A DNA stretch of 43,722 bases from a virus (taxonomy: Duplodnaviria > Caudoviricetes), in IMG/VR virus record IMGVR_UViG_3300025862_000007, positions 1 to 43,722 of that record; one strand, given 5' to 3'. Positions 31,460 to 39,272 of this stretch are shown piece by piece. The position numbers and the translations under genes are program-made. Each line of letters starts with the position of its first letter. Positions within the stretch are counted from its first letter, which is position 1. Below the pieces are notes generated by a model. It did no database searches. It was not told where the DNA came from and saw only the letters and a program-made list of their open reading frames with translations.

Positions 31460-34020
31460 TATTCACCCGGCCCGAAAATTCCGGGCGTTCTTGAGTTCTG
31501 TGGTTGCGTGCTAGAATCTACCGGTTTCGACGCGCGTGAATCGGTTCCCGGGACTGCCGGGTTACTCGACGTCTGGACTATGTAGGTAAGCGTTCCGTTT
31601 ACATTGATGGCTAGATTAGGAAACGTAGCGTATTTACGGCAGTCCGGAACACTATAGGCCCCCGCTGAACTGAAGTTCACTCCTGTGACATTAGCGCCAT
31701 TGACCATGACAACAAAACTTGCAGGAGAAAAAGTCCTACCGGACAGCGTCGGTGTGATTGTATATGTTCCGTTCGGAACCGATATAACATAGTTTCCAAA
31801 AACATCCGCCGTAGTTGAGCCAGACGATGTTCCTGTATATGAAACAGTAGCACCCGCTGCCGTGACTCCTAGACTTCCTGAGACACTATAACTATACGAC
31901 GGAAGCACGTTAGCATTGCCGCCCGCCCATGAGGTGATCTGCGCATCAGCCAGAACGGACGTATTGATTTTTATGCCCGGACTTCCCGAGGTGAGCGAGT
32001 TCCCGTAATCCTCGGACTGAAGCATCAAGAATCCGTTTTGATAGAAAGATAAAATCGGATTGCCGTCGCTTGCCGTTGTGACTGCAACTCGTATGACATC
32101 CCCCACTTGCGTCGTGATCGTTATGGTTGGGCCGAACTTCGTGAAAGTTCCTGCTACATCTTTATAAAACACAACATCAGATTCGGACGTTCCTGTTGGC
32201 CCTGTGATATAAACCTGATAGTAGCTCTGCGAGCCACTTTGCACACGGACAAGTGGAGAGATAGAGTGCAGATTGTTCACACTCAAGGTTGAGATTGTGA
32301 ATTCGGAATACTGATCGGCGTTGAAGGCTGCGCCTGAATAATACGCGGCGGAGTCGGCGCTTGTGGATGTCCCTTCTACATTGTTTCCAGAGACGACCTG
32401 TAATGCATTATCCCCCGTGACGGTTGTCCAATTTGCCGATAGCGGCCCCGTTCCTCCCGTGAACCCATCCGAAGCGACCTGACTCATCGCGTCTTCATTT
32501 TTTGTTACGACTGAAGCAATCGGAGTCGGCCCTATTGCTAGGCTAAATTGATATTGCGATGGAGTTTGGCTGTCGCTCGTGGCGCTCTGGATGAACATCG
32601 TCGCCTTGCCGTTGATGTCAAAGATGCCATTCGGATAAGACTGCCCGTAAATGAAGTTCACGCCTTCGTAAATCTGGCTGCGATGCACTGAGTGAACGAG
32701 TCCCGTCCAATGAATGAAGTCCGTTGTCTGGTAGCGAACGCCCTCGCCCGGATCGAGGCTGGGAGTCGAACTACCAGTTCCGGGCTGGTTACCATACATC
32801 CACATATAATAAGTACCACCGACATTAACGACTGCGCCGGAATTGACTACGCTCCCGCCAAGCGGCGCGGTTAGGACAGGATTTCCGCTGTATTTCGTCC
32901 AAGTGATGCCATCGGTTGAAGTGGCGAGTCCCAGTTTTAATTGGTAGACCGCATCATTGTTTGTCCCGTTATAGAGCGCATACCATGTCCCGCCTGTGAT
33001 GGCGACGGGCTGAAAATACCATTGCGTCACGCCATCCCAAACGCCAGATCCCCCGAGCGCACCTAAAATATTTGACGCTTGTAGCGTCCAAGTCAGGCCG
33101 GTTGTGCTCGTATAAACCGAGAAATTTCCGGCTCCCGTTGATGTCGAAGGTTGAACGTACATGTAATATGTCGTTCCGTTCTTGATGATGAAGGGCGAAC
33201 CGAAACTTGACAGGACCGCACTTCCGTAGCGTGTCCAATTAAAGCCGTCAGTGGACTCGGCGTAGTAGGTATTCGTTTCCACCGTTGGATGCCCGGCAGA
33301 AAACCACATTTTGTAGACGGTGCCGGAAAGAATCTGCGCGTTGCCCTCGTACAGCATTGTGGCGTTGGCAAGCCCGCCTGCGCCGGTAGCGATGTCTCCT
33401 GCAAGCGGAGCGAGTCCAGCAACGGTTCCCTGCTTCTGCCAAATGCCATCCTGTTGAACCGCGCTATAGCCTCGCCACGATCCCACTTGCGATGCGGACA
33501 CGGATGCGGTGCTCGATTGAGAGAACCCCGGCGAACCGGAAGTGTAGGTAGCGTCCGCGTAGCGCATCACCATATTGCCGTTTTGATAAACAACGATAAA
33601 AGAACCAGCCGCCTGAATCGTCCAAACATCGCCAACTGTATCGGTCAATCCAGAAAGTACGTCGGTAAGATCGGTAAACGTGCCAGAATCGCAACGATAG
33701 AGTCTTGCGGTGACTTGCGTGGCGCTGCTGCCGATAGACACAACATATCCAGAATACGAACCTGATTGCACGCGAACCCAGAGATCAATGCTGGAAGCAC
33801 TGTCTATCACAAGATGAGCAAAAGTAGCCTCGGATGCTTGATCATTCGGCCATGTTAAACCGCTCCAATACTGACGTCCTGCCGCCGATGTGGAAGGGGG
33901 TTCCGCAACAAACGGCGTTCCTGCCACTTGGCTTTTTACCTGAGTGGGAATTGCCGTCCATCCCGCAGCAAGACTACCAGATGCAAAATTATCGGAAGCT
34001 AGAAGCTGATTGTTCGCCAC
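31459..34020 (-). CDS. virion-associated protein: duplicated lectin-like beta-sandwiches flanking a beta-propeller glycoside-hydrolase-like domain
   Basis: Repeat ASD.F..W..DQ.SE..VRVQSGS..GD..YQNG..TSGSPG occurs twice; propeller blades YKMWF/ESTDGFNWT, YYMY/STTGLTWT, WYALY/ATSTDGITWTKYSGNPV, YYMWMYG/TTDFIHWT. Confidence 0.75.
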   Translation of the reverse strand: MANNQLLASDNFASGSLAAGWTAIPTQVKSQVAGTPFVAEPPSTSAAGRQYWSGLTWPNDQASEATFAHLVIDSASSIDLWVRVQSGSYSGYVVSIGSSATQVTARLYRCDSGTFTDLTDVLSGLTDTVGDVWTIQAAGSFIVVYQNGNMVMRYADATYTSGSPGFSQSSTASVSASQVGSWRGYSAVQQDGIWQKQGTVAGLAPLAGDIATGAGGLANATMLYEGNAQILSGTVYKMWFSAGHPTVETNTYYAESTDGFNWTRYGSAVLSSFGSPFIIKNGTTYYMYVQPSTSTGAGNFSVYTSTTGLTWTLQASNILGALGGSGVWDGVTQWYFQPVAITGGTWYALYNGTNNDAVYQLKLGLATSTDGITWTKYSGNPVLTAPLGGSVVNSGAVVNVGGTYYMWMYGNQPGTGSSTPSLDPGEGVRYQTTDFIHWTGLVHSVHRSQIYEGVNFIYGQSYPNGIFDINGKATMFIQSATSDSQTPSQYQFSLAIGPTPIASVVTKNEDAMSQVASDGFTGGTGPLSANWTTVTGDNALQVVSGNNVEGTSTSADSAAYYSGAAFNADQYSEFTISTLSVNNLHSISPLVRVQSGSQSYYQVYITGPTGTSESDVVFYKDVAGTFTKFGPTITITTQVGDVIRVAVTTASDGNPILSFYQNGFLMLQSEDYGNSLTSGSPGIKINTSVLADAQITSWAGGNANVLPSYSYSVSGSLGVTAAGATVSYTGTSSGSTTADVFGNYVISVPNGTYTITPTLSGRTFSPASFVVMVNGANVTGVNFSSAGAYSVPDCRKYATFPNLAINVNGTLTYIVQTSSNPAVPGTDSRASKPVDSSTQPQNSRTPGIFGPGE

Positions 34021-34040
34021 TCGTCATCCCCGTGTCCATT

Positions 34041-34074
34041 AAAAAAAAAAATCCGGTGTTTTCGGCACACCGGA
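34041..34074 (-). terminator. intrinsic terminator between the head genes and tail genes
   Basis: On the - strand: stem TCCGGTGT/ACACCGGA with a 7-nt loop, followed by 11 T. Confidence 0.88.
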
Positions 34075-34098
34075 AAGCCGTACGTCAGTCCGCTAAAT

Positions 34099-34689
34099 TT
34101 AGATAGTCATTCCGGACAACTCTTCGCCTTCTGGTTGTGCGACGGCTGACACGGCCTGCAGCGGGACTTCGCTGCTGGTCGGGGTATTCGTGGACTGGAT
34201 TTGCATCGCCTGAAACTCCGTCCAGCCTTGCTTCGTGTGGTTTGCGATACGACGCTTCACGCCCTTGCCGTCTAGACGGAACAAGAACTCCGGTGTGTCT
34301 CCCGGTTGCCATCTCATACCACAGTTGTTGCACTTCCCAACGACTTGGTTCTGGATGAAGGTGTGCATCGTGACGTTGTAGTTCGGGACTCCGCCTAAAG
34401 GACCGAGTTTCCCGCCCTTCAAGTGCCGGCATCGAGCCTGCTTCACGAGCTGCTTCTCGACGTGCGCCTTGCTGGACTTTTCACGCTGGGCGTTGCGAGC
34501 CAGACGTGCGGTTTCTTTGTTCTGGTCGTCCTCGGCGATTCTGGCTTCTTTCGTCGCCATCAGCGTCAGAAGGATGTCCAACTTTTCTTCCATGCTGCGC
34601 GGCTTAGCCACCACGGGTACGATTACCGGCGGGACTACAGACTTCGGTCCGTCTTGATTCTGGTTCGGGTCATTTGCTTGATTAGCCAT
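34099..34689 (-). CDS. hypothetical protein: coiled coil plus C.H..H..CxxC putative zinc site
   Basis: CRHLKGG...HTF...CNNCG; SD AGGAG. Confidence 0.7.
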   Translation of the reverse strand: MANQANDPNQNQDGPKSVVPPVIVPVVAKPRSMEEKLDILLTLMATKEARIAEDDQNKETARLARNAQREKSSKAHVEKQLVKQARCRHLKGGKLGPLGGVPNYNVTMHTFIQNQVVGKCNNCGMRWQPGDTPEFLFRLDGKGVKRRIANHTKQGWTEFQAMQIQSTNTPTSSEVPLQAVSAVAQPEGEELSGMTI

Positions 34690-34763
34690 ACTACTCCTGC
34701 TTCCGGATGAATCCGGCTGGGCTTGTTTGGGTGAGCCAACCCTGTTGTACTTCTATAACTTCG

Positions 34764-35339
34764 TTAGACAGTCTTGTTTTGCTTGGACTTGTTGTGGGCG
34801 GCGATGACCTTGTTGATTTCCGCCTTCTTCTTCGGGTTCTTCATCTTCTTTCGCATCTGCGAACCAGACCAACCCTTGATGTCTTTCATCGTGAGTTCGG
34901 GCTCTTTTTCCCCGCCGGCGCTGCTGTCAACGGCGTTTCCGCTCTGACCCGTGGAATTCACGGTGATGTTGTAGACGTGTGGGCGCTTATCACCTGTGTC
35001 TGGTCCGCCGCTTCCCGTGGCTTTCTCGTTGGGCTTTCCTGCGCCTTTACCAGCCGCGCCCTTTCCGCCAGACTTGCCGCCGCCCTTCCCGGAACCTGTG
35101 GTTTCGGTCTCGGTGGACGTTTCGGTGCTCGTGCTTGTGCTGCTCGAACCGGAAATCGTAATCGTGACGGCTCCGCCAGTCGCGGCTCCGGTATTCCGAG
35201 TAGCCGTGGCTCCGCCGGTACTCGTGCTTGTCCCGGGGCCGTGTTGTGCTTTAGCCAAATCTGCCGGTAGGGCAGAGACTGGCGAGGCTGTGGGATCAGG
35301 CTTCTTTGTGTTCGGGGGTGCTACCGGCTTTTTTATCAT
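34764..35339 (-). CDS. low-complexity G/T/S/K protein ending in a copy of the scaffold C-terminal motif
   Basis: LTMKDIKGWSGSQMRKKMKNPKKKAEINKVIAAHNK aligns without gaps to scaffold LTMKDIAGWTGEQMRKEQKNPARKAEIARVIAAYNK. Confidence 0.75.
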   Translation of the reverse strand: MIKKPVAPPNTKKPDPTASPVSALPADLAKAQHGPGTSTSTGGATATRNTGAATGGAVTITISGSSSTSTSTETSTETETTGSGKGGGKSGGKGAAGKGAGKPNEKATGSGGPDTGDKRPHVYNITVNSTGQSGNAVDSSAGGEKEPELTMKDIKGWSGSQMRKKMKNPKKKAEINKVIAAHNKSKQNKTV

Positions 35340-35379
35340 ATGTGTCCAAGGCTGTTTGTCAGCTAGTCAAATTTTACGT

Positions 35380-36036
35380 CTAGAACTGATAATCTTCTGG
35401 GCCGGCATCGACCTCGGCGTGATTGCGGAAGAACCACAACGACTCGCGGTAGATGATACTCGTCTCGCCGTCTGACGGCCTGCCGAAGATCTCGTGCGCC
35501 TTCTTCTCGGTCAGGATCTGTTTCTCGATCAGTTGCATGAGTACGGTCCGCCAGCCTCGGAAGTCCTCTCCCGCGGGCAAGCCGTGGCGGTCGACCTTCA
35601 GGACGGACCATTCGTACATTGCGGGTACCTGTAGATAGCAGACGTACTGCAGTTTATCGCTGTCCGGCCGGATCGCCCACAACGCGATGGTCTGCGGCGG
35701 GAATCCGTTATCGATTGTGAAACACTTCACGCCGTTCCGGCGGAGTTTATCGACGAAGTCGCGCGTTCCGATCGCGTTGATCTTTCGCGCCTTGGCATTC
35801 ATCAACAACTCTTGTCTCTCCATTTTGTACTGGGAAACTTGCGAATCAGATTCTTCCTTGGCGGCTTGGAAACTTTCTCTGACAAAATTCTTGTAATCTT
35901 CTGGCCGCTTAACCCAGTTTGGCGTCCCGTCAGCCAATAATTTTTTAATCGTTGCTTGTGTCGCCTTGATGTTGTGACGGTGCTTGAAGGGATTCGAGAG
36001 GTCGGAGCCTGAAACTATCTTGCGCATGTCTTGCAT
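35380..36036 (-). CDS. hypothetical protein of the head module
   Basis: 218-aa ORF, TAATG coupling; RGWRTVL motif. Confidence 0.7.
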   Translation of the reverse strand: MQDMRKIVSGSDLSNPFKHRHNIKATQATIKKLLADGTPNWVKRPEDYKNFVRESFQAAKEESDSQVSQYKMERQELLMNAKARKINAIGTRDFVDKLRRNGVKCFTIDNGFPPQTIALWAIRPDSDKLQYVCYLQVPAMYEWSVLKVDRHGLPAGEDFRGWRTVLMQLIEKQILTEKKAHEIFGRPSDGETSIIYRESLWFFRNHAEVDAGPEDYQF

Positions 36037-36446
36037 TATTGTTTTCCTTTAAGCCATTCGTGTATTTTTTCTATTTCTTCAAGAGTTGCGTTGTTCTTAA
36101 TTCTGTTTGCCCTAAAAGACATAATAGAAATATTGCCCTTCACGTACCCCAATTCTGGGATGCGTTTATCCAGACTTGGAGAATTGTCTCGAAAACCACC
36201 TATGCCGATATTGTATTTTAACTCTATACCCAAAACCGGACAGTGGGACGGGATATCGAAATCATCGGCGCTCAAGTTAAACGGAACATTTTCTTTTTTG
36301 GCGCGATGTTTTGCACTAGATAACAAACGTAACTTTGGATTTTCTCGACGGTGATTATACCTGCGTTCCTTATAGCAATCGGTACAGACGTTGTTATTCT
36401 TATAATATTTATTTTTAGGCAACTTGCAATTTGTACAAAGTCGCAT
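36036..36446 (-). CDS. HNH-like (beta-beta-alpha-Me) homing endonuclease
   Basis: CxxC..CxxC N-terminus; CPVLG..SPSLDK..GYVKGN..RAN..KN; AT-rich; ATG36446 with SD AAGGAG. Confidence 0.82.
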   Translation of the reverse strand: MRLCTNCKLPKNKYYKNNNVCTDCYKERRYNHRRENPKLRLLSSAKHRAKKENVPFNLSADDFDIPSHCPVLGIELKYNIGIGGFRDNSPSLDKRIPELGYVKGNISIMSFRANRIKNNATLEEIEKIHEWLKGKQ

Positions 36447-36452
36447 TTTAGT

Positions 36453-36503
36453 ACTCTCCTTGAAAGAGTTGGTCGGGAGCACGTTCAAGGCGTGCCCCCA
36501 ACC
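36453..36503 (-). promoter_or_regulatory. structured 5' leader: 13-bp hairpin followed by an RBS-sequestering hairpin
   Basis: Stem 36471-36483 pairs with 36491-36503; second stem 36453-36459/36463-36469 covers the AAGGAGAG SD. Confidence 0.65.
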
Positions 36504-36513
36504 TACTTTTATA

Positions 36514-36542
36514 ATCTTAACACAGATGGCCGTCTGTGTCAA
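36514..36542 (-). promoter_or_regulatory. sigma70-type promoter TTGACA-N17-TAAGAT (extended -10) of the HNH gene
   Basis: On the - strand: TTGACA 36542-36537, TAAGAT 36519-36514; inverted repeat ACACAGA/TCTGTGT (36520-36539). Confidence 0.75.
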
Positions 36543-36551
36543 GAGGTTTGG

Positions 36552-37577
36552 CTACTGAATCGCAGGAACTGAATCGATCCAACGAATACGCTGAGTGTTA
36601 ACACCGGTAGCAGGTGGTAACGTTACTGTTTGGTGAAATTTATACGAAGCCCACCCGCCAATTGTGGCAGTAGGATCGAACGAACTCGGAGGCGCGTCAG
36701 TTACAACGCGGCACTCGATCGTGCGCCAATCGCCTTCGTCCAAGTCGGTGTCTCCCGGAACCTCGAGCCATACGCCGATCAAAGCGTAGTTCCCGAATAC
36801 ATAAGTCCGGTAAGCGATCTTCTGGCTACCTTGGTAGTTCGAAGTCTTGGTAACGAAAGGAGTCTGACGGAACACGATGTTCGTGCCCGGGAGTTCGATT
36901 TCCATGGTCTGGTCAGCGCCAGCCATCTTGTCGAACTTCTCCATGTTTGCGAACTTCCACAAATCAACGATCGAGTTGTTGACGGTCGTTGCGTTGTAGA
37001 TATCACCCAACACGTTCGGGCTGATTGCGCCCATGAACTTACCCTTCTTGCAAGGCAGGACGTCTTCTGAAACAAGCTGCTGCTTCAGTTCACGGATCGT
37101 GCCAAGGTCAAGAGTGTAAGGGCTGGACAGAAGAGCGGACTGGTTGACATTGCTGTCGACCGTTGACGCGCTGTCTGCTACTGCGGAATACAGTTCGGAA
37201 ATCGACTGACCGGCCTGATATCCAAGCTCGACAGCGGAGTTTCCGACCAATTCGTCGATGGAAGCAGCAATCGCGAACGAAGAAAAGTTCGTGTAGTTGT
37301 TCCACTCACCCAGCTGCGCCGGTGCGCTGATCTGTGTGATGAGTTCCGGATTTCCGACAGTACCGTCTTGGCTGGCAGAGATATCGCCGGCAAGAGTGTT
37401 GTACTGGAAGAAGGTCCGGTTAATACCGGCATGCAAAGGCTGCACGCGCCGTTCAGCGCAAGCAACGAATGCGTCCGTCTCGCCCTTCAGGTTCGGGATC
37501 AGTTCCTTATCGAACAAGATCGCCTGAGCCGTCAGGACGTTTGATACGTTTTGTGCGGACGGGTTTGGTCCACTCAT
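36552..37577 (-). CDS. major capsid protein (HK97 fold, N4-gp56/P22-coat-like)
   Basis: 341 aa; directly follows the scaffold; ends with DP..TIGGWASYKF, typical of this MCP class. Confidence 0.85.
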   Translation of the reverse strand: MSGPNPSAQNVSNVLTAQAILFDKELIPNLKGETDAFVACAERRVQPLHAGINRTFFQYNTLAGDISASQDGTVGNPELITQISAPAQLGEWNNYTNFSSFAIAASIDELVGNSAVELGYQAGQSISELYSAVADSASTVDSNVNQSALLSSPYTLDLGTIRELKQQLVSEDVLPCKKGKFMGAISPNVLGDIYNATTVNNSIVDLWKFANMEKFDKMAGADQTMEIELPGTNIVFRQTPFVTKTSNYQGSQKIAYRTYVFGNYALIGVWLEVPGDTDLDEGDWRTIECRVVTDAPPSSFDPTATIGGWASYKFHQTVTLPPATGVNTQRIRWIDSVPAIQ

Positions 37578-37592
37578 AAATCACCTTGTAAC

Positions 37593-38888
37593 TTAGACCC
37601 GTGAGGCTCGCGCTTTGTTGTAGGCCGCGATTACCCGTGCGATTTCTGCTTTTCGGGCAGGATTCTTCTGCTCCTTACGCATCTGTTCGCCGGTCCACCC
37701 CGCGATGTCTTTCATGGTAAGTCCGGACGGAGTAGCCGCCGGTCGAGTCCCTGTGGACTGGCCGGGCAATAGCCCTCCGTTGACTCCCGGTCGGCGGGCA
37801 GGCGCTGGCGGATTAGGCGAGGCGACTGTTGCGACCGGCGTTACTAATGCCGCTTCTGCTACCACCGTCGGTGTTATTTCCGGCGTTGGCGGCTTCGGCG
37901 TGACCTGCTGTACTGTTGACACCGCTGGCGTATTAGTCGCCGGCTGTGCCGTTTCCGTTTCAACTGGCGCCTGAACAGGCACTAGCTGCGGTTCTGATGC
38001 GGCGAACGCGAGTTCAAGGTTGTCTTCGGTCCAAGCCAACGGGTTTCCGTCGGCGTCCGTGTGTTCCTTGAGGTACTCAGTGATGAGTTTCGCATTTGCT
38101 TGGCAAGGGTTGTAATCGTGGCGGTGACGGGCCTTGAAAGCGTTTACGACTTCGTTCTGTCGCACGTTTTCGTCAACTACGGCCTTCTGTTGCTGTCCAC
38201 GAAGAATATCGTCTGACCGAAGTTTACGTTCGGCCTTCAAAACGACCATCTCGTCGTCGCTGTTCAAATCTAGAGCCGCCTGAATCCTTTCGTCCTCTGA
38301 CATCAGAGGTACCTGAGGAATCTTGATTGGCTCGACTACCTTCTTTGTGAAGGTCGTCTTCTGGTCCTTCAAACGGTGGAACGCGCGCGTCGCTTGAACG
38401 TGCGCTTCCTTCTGCTTCCTGACGAGTTCAATCCAGCTGCGCGCCTCGAGGTGAGTCGAGCGGCCGATCGCGTTACCGTGCTCGTCGGTTGCTTGATAAT
38501 CTTGGACAAGTTTGACGATATTGCCGACCGCGTCGCGGTAAACCGTGATGCCGGCTTCAATCAATGCTTGGTCTTCTTCAGACTTACGTGCTTCTTCAAT
38601 CTGGGCTGCTGCAGCTTGTGCCACCGCGGCGTGCGCTTCCGCTGCCTGACGGTCGGCTTCTTCCTGATTGAATTCTTCAACTACCGGGTTATCGACTACT
38701 TCGGTTTCCTCGATAGGTTCTGTTGATGAGCCTGCCGCGATCTCTGCCACGACTCCGCGACCTTCCGGTGTGAGTAAAAAAGCGTTGACTTCCGCTAGTC
38801 TCGCCGGGTTCTTCATAATCTTGTGTAACTCTTCCTGTGACATGTTGACAATATAGTCCCGCGTCAAAGGTGTAGGTGTGGAACTCAT
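37593..38888 (-). CDS. capsid scaffolding protein
   Basis: Acidic coiled coil plus P/T/A-rich linker; located between portal and MCP. Confidence 0.75.
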   Translation of the reverse strand: MSSTPTPLTRDYIVNMSQEELHKIMKNPARLAEVNAFLLTPEGRGVVAEIAAGSSTEPIEETEVVDNPVVEEFNQEEADRQAAEAHAAVAQAAAAQIEEARKSEEDQALIEAGITVYRDAVGNIVKLVQDYQATDEHGNAIGRSTHLEARSWIELVRKQKEAHVQATRAFHRLKDQKTTFTKKVVEPIKIPQVPLMSEDERIQAALDLNSDDEMVVLKAERKLRSDDILRGQQQKAVVDENVRQNEVVNAFKARHRHDYNPCQANAKLITEYLKEHTDADGNPLAWTEDNLELAFAASEPQLVPVQAPVETETAQPATNTPAVSTVQQVTPKPPTPEITPTVVAEAALVTPVATVASPNPPAPARRPGVNGGLLPGQSTGTRPAATPSGLTMKDIAGWTGEQMRKEQKNPARKAEIARVIAAYNKARASRV

Positions 38889-38924
38889 ATTAACTCCCGT
38901 ACAAAATTGGATTGGACTGCCGAA

Positions 38925-39257
38925 TTATTCTTGTTGCTCAGCGACGGCTTCTTGAGCCTTCTGCTGTTCTTCCAAATCTTCGACTACGCCGTGCTGGACG
39001 TGATAGTTAATCGAGTCACGAACCAAACGGGTGAATGCATTCACGTCATACGCATATGCGTGACGTGCTTTGACTTTCTGGTCATAATTGTCTTCTTCAG
39101 GACTGGTGTTGATCGCTGTTGCCGTTGCTTGGTTGCATCCAGCTTCGATGAGTTTCACGATGACCTGAAAGCCGGGTAACCGACTGACCTGACCTAGTGC
39201 TATTTTCTCCCCGAGGGTCAGTTCCTTCATGAGGAGGGGTTTTTTAGCTTCCGCCAT
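38925..39257 (-). CDS. small helical protein between portal and scaffold
   Basis: Position matches the conserved small gene in podovirus head modules; SD AGGAG. Confidence 0.7.
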   Translation of the reverse strand: MAEAKKPLLMKELTLGEKIALGQVSRLPGFQVIVKLIEAGCNQATATAINTSPEEDNYDQKVKARHAYAYDVNAFTRLVRDSINYHVQHGVVEDLEEQQKAQEAVAEQQE

Positions 39258-39272
39258 TGGTACTCCTATTGT

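Noticed and set aside
34041-34051. 11-nt homopolymer as a phase-variation or slippage site
   Set aside because: Intergenic and directly after a GC-rich hairpin on the - strand, so it is explained as a terminator U-tract.
34700-34745. Short hairpins upstream of the 196-aa gene as a possible ncRNA or riboswitch
   Set aside because: Stems are only 4-5 bp and I recognise no RNA family motif.
36447-36542. TTG start at 36542 for the HNH gene
   Set aside because: That TTG is the -35 box; ATG36446 has a proper SD.
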